A DNA stretch of 64,000 nt from a virus (taxonomy: Duplodnaviria > Caudoviricetes). Made by a program: the position numbers and the translations under genes. Location: the IMG/VR virus record IMGVR_UViG_3300032218_003260; one strand, given 5' to 3'. Shown here piece after piece: positions 43,402-52,464 of the stretch. The notes beneath the pieces were generated by a model. The model was not told the origin of the DNA and ran no database searches. It saw nothing but the letters and a program-made list of their open reading frames with translations. Positions within the stretch are counted from its first letter, which is position 1. Every line of letters begins with the position of its first letter.

Positions 43402-45012
43402 TTATGCCTTCTTGAGCGGGCCGCCGGGCCATTTAGTACTGTCTTTGTACAACGGAGCATATGTCTGTGAAATAAGTGTCGTGTCTTCGTCTTCTTCTTC
43501 TGTTCGAATATAGGCCAGCCCAAATGATGTACCCGCTAACGCGCGTTCCGCATTGATCGCGTACGACACCTGCGTGACGGACGCGATCATCGCACCGTCT
43601 GATTGAATTTCCGAGTTTGGCAGTTCAATTCTAACAATACTGCCCGGAGCAATATCGAACCGCAGTTTGCCCGATAATTCGCCGTAACGCTGGCTCAAAA
43701 ACTCTGTTTTGTAGAAATGTTCTGCAAAACGTTTACAAACACCGTCCGCCATTCCCTGCGCGACGTCCGCCGGCAGCAGCCACTCAGGCGGCGGCTCACC
43801 TTCACCATACCCCCCACCCGAAACACAATCTCCGGGGCACTTGCCTTTCACTGCGGTCGTTGCGCCCGTAAAAATTGGCCATGGCGCCATATTTGTTAGC
43901 CACGACGGCAAATCTTTAAATAGCTTTAACCCGGGACGTTCTTCCCCGGGTTTAAACGGATACTGACCCGCTGGTTGTGTGTACACATCCGCCATACGAA
44001 CTTGCCCGCCCGTCGACAGCATCGGGTCCATTTGTTGCGGCCAAAATACGACCACGCTGTCAATGAGCTGACTCATAGACGCGTTAAAGTTGGCGTAGCT
44101 ATATTCGTCGCCTTTGATGACGTATTTTTTATTGCCATCATGCTTAAGCCCGCCAAAAAACGGAACCACGTATGCGTGTTCAATTGCCGGCGACACCGCA
44201 AAGAAAAACTGCGACGCGTATTCGCCGACAAGCTTTCCCCAAAACGATGTGTACGCAAATGATTCCAGCGCGTCCTTTGTCAACGCCGTACGCACCGACT
44301 GTTCAATGTTGTTGCCGTTTAAGCCGTCAAGGTTTAAAGCTAGCTTGGCGTTACCCGGCGCAACGGGCATGCGTTTTAACGCTTTTATTGCTGCTTCGTT
44401 TGGGCGTGATTGCGGTAACTTATACTCAGCCATTTTGTTGAAGATCGGTTTGATAACCTCACCCCACAGGTCGCGCGAAATCTTGTCTTTGCGGATGAGA
44501 TCGCCGTTGGCGTCAATAATCGGAACGCTGGAGTGCGCGTTACCTTCCGTCTGCAACGCCACAAAGGCTGCGTTTGTGGCCATAAGGAACGGCGCGTTTT
44601 GAAACCATTTGCCGTTGAGGGCTGACGAGTTGTTCAAGTCGTCGAGCCAGTGGATGAGTTGCAGCACGTAGTTAGCGCTGTTGTGCGAGCGCTGATACCC
44701 AATGCCTGCAAGCATGCCTTCAAATATCACAAACCGGCCGTTCTCCATTTTGTCTTTCTGCCCGGCTTCGGGGATAATTCTGAGCCAGACAGTCACAGGA
44801 TCGCGCGGTTTGATTTGTTTACGCAATTTATGGATCGTCGCTTCGCGTTTCTGACCCGATGCCGCGTCATATCCGACAGCCACGGTGAGCGACGCTGTCG
44901 GAATGCTGTTCAATCCAAACGTCGCCGAAATAGCTACGATGTCATCAAACACGGTGTCTTTGATCTTGGCCGTGATTTCAAACTTGGAGTAGACGTACGG
45001 CTGTTTAGCCAT
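43402..45012 (-). CDS. Baseplate hub protein (gp27/gp44-like)
   Basis: ATFGLNSIPTASL.VA N-terminus; G.L.GKLRFDIAPGS.V.I...V..V C-terminus. Confidence 0.65.
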   Translation of the reverse strand: MAKQPYVYSKFEITAKIKDTVFDDIVAISATFGLNSIPTASLTVAVGYDAASGQKREATIHKLRKQIKPRDPVTVWLRIIPEAGQKDKMENGRFVIFEGMLAGIGYQRSHNSANYVLQLIHWLDDLNNSSALNGKWFQNAPFLMATNAAFVALQTEGNAHSSVPIIDANGDLIRKDKISRDLWGEVIKPIFNKMAEYKLPQSRPNEAAIKALKRMPVAPGNAKLALNLDGLNGNNIEQSVRTALTKDALESFAYTSFWGKLVGEYASQFFFAVSPAIEHAYVVPFFGGLKHDGNKKYVIKGDEYSYANFNASMSQLIDSVVVFWPQQMDPMLSTGGQVRMADVYTQPAGQYPFKPGEERPGLKLFKDLPSWLTNMAPWPIFTGATTAVKGKCPGDCVSGGGYGEGEPPPEWLLPADVAQGMADGVCKRFAEHFYKTEFLSQRYGELSGKLRFDIAPGSIVRIELPNSEIQSDGAMIASVTQVSYAINAERALAGTSFGLAYIRTEEEDEDTTLISQTYAPLYKDSTKWPGGPLKKA

Positions 45013-45898
45013 TTGTATGCCTTCTTACGCTTTCCATACGGTAAATAAACGCCAGCACTAAACCGGCAAGGCGGTACGCCGGTAGCGGATGATCAAACCA
45101 CAGATTTTTGAATGTTGCATATGGTTGCGCGTCGTCAAGGCCAAACAGCTCAATAAATACTGGCTCGCCAATCAGCTCCAGTGTCGGAAACAATGTTGTA
45201 ATAGCCGGCGCAGGATTTGCGTTTAGTGCGACATACCAACGACCGTTGAATGTCGTTGGATCTGTTGTTAACCGCTCTAGCCTCAATTTGATATCTGTTT
45301 CTGGTAGCGTAATGACCGGCAGATCGCCCGCCGACCGTTCTCGTGTACGTGGCGCCGGGTCGTATACAGTTTGCGTTGTTAAAAACACTTCGGCATCTGG
45401 GTCGAGTTCTGTGAGCAGCACGCCGCGATTGTCTTCAAGTGTTAAAAACTCATCTTCTTCGCTCCCCATCGGTTTGGGTGGCACAGGATACAACCCCATC
45501 GTGTACTGGCGGTTTGCGCGACCAGTGCTGTTGCTGGCAATAAACTCGCCGCCAATCGCGACATTCCTTGGCGCGCCCGCTATTTGTGTAACGCGCAACG
45601 ACGGCTGATATTTAAACTCGTTTTCTGCGGGTTCCGGCCAGTACGTTATCCGTTGATCGAGTTTGTGCAGGTATTCAACCGCCGGTGTTTGATGGATGTA
45701 GCTAAGCAGCTCTCGCGCACGAAGATTCAAAAATCGCTGATCAGGGCTGCTGCCAAACAATACGCGACGCACTGTGTTCAATACAGTCGGCAAAACTAGC
45801 GGCCGAAACTCTGGCGGAATGTATTCATATCCCGCTTGTTGTTTCTGCGCGCTCTGCGCCCAGATATTTAACAGTAATGTTCGGCCGTGATTAATCAT
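45005..45898 (-). CDS. Baseplate-region hypothetical protein
   Basis: MINH.RTLLLN start, coupled to the upstream stop. Confidence 0.6.
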   Translation of the reverse strand: MINHGRTLLLNIWAQSAQKQQAGYEYIPPEFRPLVLPTVLNTVRRVLFGSSPDQRFLNLRARELLSYIHQTPAVEYLHKLDQRITYWPEPAENEFKYQPSLRVTQIAGAPRNVAIGGEFIASNSTGRANRQYTMGLYPVPPKPMGSEEDEFLTLEDNRGVLLTELDPDAEVFLTTQTVYDPAPRTRERSAGDLPVITLPETDIKLRLERLTTDPTTFNGRWYVALNANPAPAITTLFPTLELIGEPVFIELFGLDDAQPYATFKNLWFDHPLPAYRLAGLVLAFIYRMESVRRHTNG

Positions 45899-45899
45899 G

Positions 45900-46364
45900 T
45901 TATTTTTTGGGCACGATGTTGAAACGAAGCGACCACTGCCCAACAAGTGTCTGCGGATCCTGCAACTCTAAACGCATGCCGGTTAAAAAGGCCCAAAACG
46001 TGGAGTTTGCGCAATCACCGATTGTGACAGACATCTTGCCGTTTTCTTTAATGCGATTTTTTTGATAGAAGTCGTAGACGTTACAAATTTTTGCGCTGTC
46101 TGCGCCGGGGCAGGGTTTTACAAAACCAAAACCAGACACAGTTAATTCACCCACACGATCGCCAAACGCGTACACGTAAATAAAGTCATTTACGGTGTGA
46201 AGGAATTGATAGTTTCCGTTTAGTTCTAACGCAAAACCGCTAGTTGGCGCTGTCAGCTGCCCGCCTTTAACGCCACCAAACTTGATTTTGAAAATAGCGC
46301 CAGTGCAGTTTTTGGGCTTAATAATTGCCACAGCGCCGGCGCATGGAGTAAAGGCTACTGGCAT
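45900..46364 (-). CDS. Tail-tube initiator-like protein
   Basis: FLHTVNDFIYVYAFGDRVGELTVSG; directly downstream of the tape measure. Confidence 0.5.
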   Translation of the reverse strand: MPVAFTPCAGAVAIIKPKNCTGAIFKIKFGGVKGGQLTAPTSGFALELNGNYQFLHTVNDFIYVYAFGDRVGELTVSGFGFVKPCPGADSAKICNVYDFYQKNRIKENGKMSVTIGDCANSTFWAFLTGMRLELQDPQTLVGQWSLRFNIVPKK

Positions 46365-46367
46365 GGG

Positions 46368-49300
46368 TTACTTTCCGTAGTTTGCGCCGGTGCCGCCAGC
46401 CATGTCGACTGGCGGTCCGTTATCTGGGGTATCTTCCATGCGATGACCTGTGGCCGCCAGCACGGCCTCTGAGAGTCCGTGCAGCGTCAACGTGCCGTTG
46501 ACGTTCATATCGCCACCACCGCCGCCGCCCATCCCGCCCGCCGGTCTTGCAGCGTCGTATTGCGAGATTGTGTCGCTGAGGTAGTTGTAACGGGCTTGGT
46601 CTTTTTCATCGTCAAAGTATTCGCCACTCCACCAGCTCGTTTTCTTTTTCTTCTCAAGTTCGCCGAGCCGTTGCCGCGCGGATTGAATCGGGTCAGCCGA
46701 CTGCATGTCAAGGAGCGCTTGTTCGGCTACCAATCGTGTATGCGGTTTTTCAACGACCTGCTGTACTGAGCCGTCCGCCCCTGTAACGTTTACTTTTTTG
46801 GCGCCACCACGTTGTTTAAATTCCGCTTTTTCTTTGGCGGTGCCGTAACGCTCCACGTCGGCAGCGGCTTGCTCTTCTGTATATTCTGGGTTGTACGGAA
46901 CGAATACGCGCTCAGAAACGTCTTGATGACCGCCAAAGACATGCCAATTGGATTCGCCACGAATTTCGCGCATCGATAGGGACGTGCCGGCCATTTGACC
47001 CATTCTGTTAAACGGGTCGTGCACTGTGAATTCTTGAATGTCGCCGGCGTTGCCTGCCGTTTTACCGCCCTGCGCCATCGACTGCCGGCGCTCCATTAAG
47101 TCGGTGCGCCGTTCTTTGTCTTCCGCGTTGTAGTCCAACCAGTTGTCTTTATTTCGTTCTTCGATAGCTGCCAGTTCTTTATCTATTTCTCCTATCGCGT
47201 CGGCGCGGCTTTGTGTGCGTGTACCGCCAGTCGGACCCGCCGGCGTCGGCGGGTGACTTGATTGATGCGACGCCGCCGAATGACCTGCGCGATTCAGCTG
47301 CTGCACCTGCCCGGGCGTGAGATTCTGCGATGATACGCCAGCGCCAGTCTTGCTTTCCGCGATAGCGCCGTGAATACGCTCCATGTTGGCGAGATCATCG
47401 TCGCTTAGGTTGTAGAACATTTTTGCCGCATCAGGCGCTTGCAGCGCGCGGCTGAAGTTCGTCATCGCATCTTGTTGCGCCGCTGGATCCAACTTGTTGA
47501 ACAATTTAACCGCGTCGGCAGATGGCAACGTTAAAAGTTGTTGTCGCTTTTTCTGGTCTGTAAGCGCGTTTTTTAGCGCCGCGCCAGTCGGATCTTTACC
47601 GACCTCGTCGAGCACGGTTTGTTGGTCTGTAGTAACTTTTTCGGTGGCTGAAGCAACACCTTGTCCATGCGCGCGTTTAGCTTCTTCAGCTACACGTAGT
47701 GCGCTAGTAGTGCGACGTACAATAGCTTCTTTGTCTTTACCCATGACCGCGGTTAATTGCTTGCGCGCTTCAGCGCGAGCGGCTTCTGGGTCCATTCCCT
47801 CCATAATGAACTGATCGGTTAGGTGTTGCGTCATGCGCCCCGTCATCGCCAACGCGCGCTCTTCATCAGATTTTCCGACCGTATCACCCATCTGATTTAC
47901 AGCGACGTCTGACATAGCAATGCTAATTTGCCGCAGCCGCTTTTTGCGCTGCGTATCGAACTGCGAATCAGACATACCTTTCGGCCGTAATTTTTCATAC
48001 TCGGCTTTGTCGTAGTTCTTTTCGAGCGAGTCGTAAATGCTTTTGCCGACGTCGGCGGAAATACGATTTGAAGTTGCAGTTCCCCGTTTTTGCGCTTTGG
48101 CGACATCAACCGGAGTTTGCTCCAATCCCGCACCGGCAAGTCCGCCAATATCGCGCGCAACGCGGAGCGCCTGCGCAACGCCGCGGGCCTGCTCTTTTTT
48201 CTCGTCCGATAATCCGCCCCACCCATCCCACGCGGCAGACATCTGTTTTTCAAAGTTGGTGCTGTCAGCGGCCAGCGCAGCAGAAGCAAACTTTTCGATT
48301 TGCGCGGTTGTCGCACCCGCGCCCAGCGTTTGCTGCGCCATAGCTTTGGCGGCCGCCTGCACGTCTTCGGCTTTGCCGGTATTAAAGCCGCGCATAATCA
48401 GATCTGCGCGGTTTCGCTGCTGTTCGTTTTTTGCCCGTTCTGCATCTGTGCTGCCGGCTGCTGTATCAGCAGACTTCATCTTGGCCGCGCCACGTAATTG
48501 ACCCAGCTCGTCAGCTGTGAGCTTTTTACCGGGATCAACGCCGGCCATGATCTTGAGTTGCTTGGCTTCGGCGCCGTCTGGATTCTTTTGCGCGGCGTCG
48601 GCCATCGTGTCGATCTGTTTCTCGGTTACGCTTGCCTGCGTATACATACGCGCTGCCGCCACAAGTCCTTCTTGCATGTCTGGCGCGTAGCCCTGCAGCA
48701 GCGAATCTTCAGAGGCGATATTGAAAATGCGTTTTAACGACTCAGTGCGCGTACCGGCGTTATCGCCGGCTAACCGTTCCAATTCGTCGCCAACGCGCTG
48801 CATAACGCCCGACTCTGTTCCGCGAGAAGCCAGCTTAAATCGATCGGCTCGCCGCTTGTTCATCTCTTCTTTAACTGTGGCTTCGTCGGTAGCGCCCTGA
48901 TGGTGCATTTGTTTATGTGCTTCAATAGACACTCCAGTGCGCTGCTGCGAAATGGCGCTCGTCTCAGAGTACGTCGCCAAAAGCGTGTCGCGGCGGTCTG
49001 ATTCATTCGCGCCGTAAAACGCGCTGAAGTACTGCTCGGCCATACGCTCCGCCGCCGCGCCTTTGAGCCCGCCGCCAGCGCTACTCTTAAAGTACCGCAC
49101 CAGTTCTTCTTTGCCGCGCTTTTCAAGTGTCTTTACGCGCTCTTCCGGCGTCATGTCGGCTGTTTCGTCCATCATGATGCCGGTCATTTTGGTAGCAAAA
49201 CTTGTCGCAAGCGTGCTATTACGTGAGTGAAAATCCTCCTCCGACATACCAGACGGTTTTAACTTTTTGAACTCGTCACTACCCATACGGTCGACAATTG

Positions 49301-51071
49301 CGCCGGCATGAGCACGCGACAGATCGCGTTGCAGCTCAAAACGTTGCGTTTTGTATGCGTACCCAGATTTCATGTACTCCTCGGTCCCGATCTGGTCCGT
49401 CATGTAGGCGCGAAACAATCGGTCATCTGCGCCGCTTTCGCGCGCCATGTTGTAAAGACCTTGCACACCCTGCTGGCCGGCCATTTCCGCTAGGTTGAAA
49501 GTCTTACCCTTGTATTCGTATTTGTCTTCTCCGCGCTTGTAAGCTTGCATTGCCGCAGCTAATTGCGTGTCTTTGTATTTATCTGGATTCTCAGACACGA
49601 GTCGATTCATGGATGCCAGCGCGCGTCCAACAGAAGATGCGTCGCCACGCGTAGACATTGCCGACATGCGCGCTTCAGCTTCGGCCCGGTTAAGCTTGCC
49701 AAAACCGGGCTTTTCAAACACGCCGGCGTCAGCCATGGCTTGCCCGCGCAGCAGATCGCCCGCAAGACCTTTTTCGGCTGTGACTTCCTGCAGCCCCATT
49801 CCGCGGGCCATGGCTTTCTTTTCAGCCGCGATGGCGTTCAAATTTTGCAGATCTGTGTTTGTATCTCGGGCGGCTAACCTAATCTCGCGCACCATTGACT
49901 CAACTTTGCCGGCGCTCATGTTGCCTTGCGCGCCGTTTGTTAAGTGCTGCAAGTTGGCAATGAGTTGCTGGATCGGCGCGTTTGGGTTTCCGTTGTCGCC
50001 GAAAATTTCTCTGATCGCAGCTATGGAGCCGTTGTACTCTTTCACTGCGCGCGACACGCTCTTGGCGTCTAACGCGTTAGCGGCCAAACCGACGCCTTCA
50101 AGTTGTTCAATTTCTTCAGCAGACTTAGCGCGCGGATCTTTTGACTGAAATTTGTCGACTTCTTTGAATGTGTCGTCTAACCTCTTCCGAAACGACGGTA
50201 ACTTGTCTGACAGCATGATCTTTTGCTCTTCTTCGCTGGCAGAGGCGTAAGCGGCGTCACGGGAAGACAGCTCTGAGTGACCAAACTGGCGGGCCAGCTC
50301 GTTCATAGTCTTGTCGTCTCGCTTGGTACTGCTGAGCGCTTTTACGCGGTCAGCAGCCGACATGGCGCCGAGGCTCTTGGGAAGGCGGCCTTGTTGAAAC
50401 AACGTCTCCATCATCTCGCCGCTGGCCACTGCTCCAAACCCGTGCATCTCGTCGAGGTTGGCGTCTTCGCCGTACAAGTTTTGATATACATTTTGCGAAA
50501 ACTGCTTTAACGAGTCCGACGACATGCGCGGACCCTGCCCACCCGCGTCCGGTCGGAAAAAACCAATCCGGTTGGTAGCGGCGGCGATGGCCGTCGGATC
50601 GCCACGTCGACCGAACATGATGCCTTCGAGATTTTCGGCGCCGATTTGAGACGCGGCAAACTGTTTAAATATCGGGTTGTTTAATACCCGCGCGCCGATA
50701 TTTGCGTGTTCGCGGTCCAAATCGGTAACGGGTTGACCGTCATTAACAAAACGTTGCGCGCCAATTAACTTCTGAGCAACTTGTGAGTTGCCCGCCATGT
50801 TCGCCGCCTCGATAGCCGCGGCACCGTGACGCTGGTATCGCGCGGCCGTAAACTGATCGAGGCGGGCTTGCCCGGGCGCCTGATGCGCTAGAAACGCGTC
50901 TTGCCCGAACGCGCCCTGTACGAGCGCGGGGCCGTACATATTGGCCATGTAGCCAAACGCGTCGTCTACGTGGGCAGCGTTTTGAAACGGCGAATATACA
51001 GGTGGGGCGTACGGATTACCTGTATAGTTCTGGGTAAAGCCGGCGGCGTTTTGTGTGTGATATTGAGCCAT
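46368..51071 (-). CDS. Tail tape measure protein
   Basis: 1567-aa Ala/Gly/Gln-rich helical ORF downstream of the tube and chaperone genes. Confidence 0.8.
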   Translation of the reverse strand: MAQYHTQNAAGFTQNYTGNPYAPPVYSPFQNAAHVDDAFGYMANMYGPALVQGAFGQDAFLAHQAPGQARLDQFTAARYQRHGAAAIEAANMAGNSQVAQKLIGAQRFVNDGQPVTDLDREHANIGARVLNNPIFKQFAASQIGAENLEGIMFGRRGDPTAIAAATNRIGFFRPDAGGQGPRMSSDSLKQFSQNVYQNLYGEDANLDEMHGFGAVASGEMMETLFQQGRLPKSLGAMSAADRVKALSSTKRDDKTMNELARQFGHSELSSRDAAYASASEEEQKIMLSDKLPSFRKRLDDTFKEVDKFQSKDPRAKSAEEIEQLEGVGLAANALDAKSVSRAVKEYNGSIAAIREIFGDNGNPNAPIQQLIANLQHLTNGAQGNMSAGKVESMVREIRLAARDTNTDLQNLNAIAAEKKAMARGMGLQEVTAEKGLAGDLLRGQAMADAGVFEKPGFGKLNRAEAEARMSAMSTRGDASSVGRALASMNRLVSENPDKYKDTQLAAAMQAYKRGEDKYEYKGKTFNLAEMAGQQGVQGLYNMARESGADDRLFRAYMTDQIGTEEYMKSGYAYKTQRFELQRDLSRAHAGAIVDRMGSDEFKKLKPSGMSEEDFHSRNSTLATSFATKMTGIMMDETADMTPEERVKTLEKRGKEELVRYFKSSAGGGLKGAAAERMAEQYFSAFYGANESDRRDTLLATYSETSAISQQRTGVSIEAHKQMHHQGATDEATVKEEMNKRRADRFKLASRGTESGVMQRVGDELERLAGDNAGTRTESLKRIFNIASEDSLLQGYAPDMQEGLVAAARMYTQASVTEKQIDTMADAAQKNPDGAEAKQLKIMAGVDPGKKLTADELGQLRGAAKMKSADTAAGSTDAERAKNEQQRNRADLIMRGFNTGKAEDVQAAAKAMAQQTLGAGATTAQIEKFASAALAADSTNFEKQMSAAWDGWGGLSDEKKEQARGVAQALRVARDIGGLAGAGLEQTPVDVAKAQKRGTATSNRISADVGKSIYDSLEKNYDKAEYEKLRPKGMSDSQFDTQRKKRLRQISIAMSDVAVNQMGDTVGKSDEERALAMTGRMTQHLTDQFIMEGMDPEAARAEARKQLTAVMGKDKEAIVRRTTSALRVAEEAKRAHGQGVASATEKVTTDQQTVLDEVGKDPTGAALKNALTDQKKRQQLLTLPSADAVKLFNKLDPAAQQDAMTNFSRALQAPDAAKMFYNLSDDDLANMERIHGAIAESKTGAGVSSQNLTPGQVQQLNRAGHSAASHQSSHPPTPAGPTGGTRTQSRADAIGEIDKELAAIEERNKDNWLDYNAEDKERRTDLMERRQSMAQGGKTAGNAGDIQEFTVHDPFNRMGQMAGTSLSMREIRGESNWHVFGGHQDVSERVFVPYNPEYTEEQAAADVERYGTAKEKAEFKQRGGAKKVNVTGADGSVQQVVEKPHTRLVAEQALLDMQSADPIQSARQRLGELEKKKKTSWWSGEYFDDEKDQARYNYLSDTISQYDAARPAGGMGGGGGGDMNVNGTLTLHGLSEAVLAATGHRMEDTPDNGPPVDMAGGTGANYGK

Positions 51072-51080
51072 ACGCCACCG

Positions 51081-51479
51081 TCATTTTCCGACATTCAGTT
51101 CTTTGTAGCGTTCAATAAGTTCCTGCGCTGCTTTGTCAACTATTATAGCTTTTTTAGGGTCTGCTTTTGCTGCGTCTTTCTGCGCTTCTTTTACATTATC
51201 CCACGGAAAAAGTGTTGTTTGAATGTTTTCCAGCAATTCGATTGAGCGAGTTTTGGCGTTACCAAAACTTTCTTCGGTCAAACTGCCGTGCGCTACAAGA
51301 GCAAGCCAGTGCCTGTGCGCTGCTTGCATTAATTCGTAGTCTTCTCGTCGCGCCATCTCCGTGAGTGTTAGCAGGTGCTTTATTCGCCACTGTCTGTTTT
51401 TGGGATCGGCACCGGTGTAATCAATTACACCGGAAACGGCAGCCCGCACCATGAAGGCTGCTACCCGATCCCGTTCCAA
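51081..51479 (-). CDS. Tail assembly chaperone, downstream (-1 frame) part
   Basis: Overlaps the upstream gene in the -1 frame at a T5 run; precedes the tape measure. Confidence 0.55.
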   Translation of the reverse strand: MERDRVAAFMVRAAVSGVIDYTGADPKNRQWRIKHLLTLTEMARREDYELMQAAHRHWLALVAHGSLTEESFGNAKTRSIELLENIQTTLFPWDNVKEAQKDAAKADPKKAIIVDKAAQELIERYKELNVGK

Positions 51480-52450
51480 AAACTTGGTTCAAGCGCCATA
51501 GCTTCCATCGCTTCAACCAACCGCTGGAACTTGCGCAGGTGTGTCGCGGCAAGGCGGCGCGTTACTTCGTGCGCGAGCGCCTTGCTGTGCACAAACTCGC
51601 GCGCAGCCGGGAGCGCTGTCTGATTGGGCTTATCCGGGTTGACGTCAAATTTAAAGTCGCTCAACTGCGGTACGATCACAAGCGGCTTTCCGTTGGCGTC
51701 GTATACGGCGGCTAGTGAGCAGGCCATACGGTACTCAAACAACCTTAAAAACCACTCGGCCTCCGACAAGATCAGGTTATCGTTCTGGTCCAGCAGGAGC
51801 TGTCGCTGGACGTCAAAGTTCTCGTCGGCCAGCATGCTGCGAAACTCCAGCACGATCTTGCCGCCCATCAGCTCAAACCGGCGCGTAAACCGAGACCCGC
51901 CCAGAATCGTGACAAGGAAGTCTTCTTTGTCGCGGTCTGTTACATCAACGTCAAACTTCTGCTGCATGTCCCAGCCGCAGCGTGGGCAGAACGGCAGAAT
52001 GACCATCGGCGGCACAATATTCTCTTCCGGTACCGCTGGCGTTTCATCTGTCGCGGTCTCGGGCGTTGCAGTCGCGGGGGTCGCTTCGTCTGTCGCCGCT
52101 TTTTCACGGTCGTCGATGATTTCGGCGTCCGTGTTCTGCAGCTGCGCGTACATTTCACGCACGCTGTCAGGCATGTTGGCCGTTTCTTCTTCGAACTGTT
52201 CTTTTTGCGCTTTTTTCTTGGCTACTTCCTTGGCTTCTCGCAGCATGGTTTTGATATTTTCAACGTCCTCTTCTTTCATCGCGTCTTTGTCGATCAAAAC
52301 GTCGACGCGCGGCGACGGCGGCAGCGTGTCTTTAATCCGCAGCATGAGCGGTCCAAGCTCGGCCGGAATAGGATCGTCTTTCCGCCAGCCGAACTGCTCA
52401 AGCGTTTTCTTTGTAAAATCAGACACGTAAACGTTTTCAACCAGTTCCAT
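51461..52450 (-). CDS. Tail assembly chaperone
   Basis: AAGGAG RBS; CPRC motif; position just before the tape measure. Confidence 0.55.
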   Translation of the reverse strand: MELVENVYVSDFTKKTLEQFGWRKDDPIPAELGPLMLRIKDTLPPSPRVDVLIDKDAMKEEDVENIKTMLREAKEVAKKKAQKEQFEEETANMPDSVREMYAQLQNTDAEIIDDREKAATDEATPATATPETATDETPAVPEENIVPPMVILPFCPRCGWDMQQKFDVDVTDRDKEDFLVTILGGSRFTRRFELMGGKIVLEFRSMLADENFDVQRQLLLDQNDNLILSEAEWFLRLFEYRMACSLAAVYDANGKPLVIVPQLSDFKFDVNPDKPNQTALPAAREFVHSKALAHEVTRRLAATHLRKFQRLVEAMEAMALEPSFWNGIG

Positions 52451-52464
52451 GGTTATCTCCTTCG

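Noticed and set aside
51624-52430. 268-aa plus-strand Ser-rich ORF
   Set aside because: Antisense to the chaperone gene; composition typical of a shadow frame.
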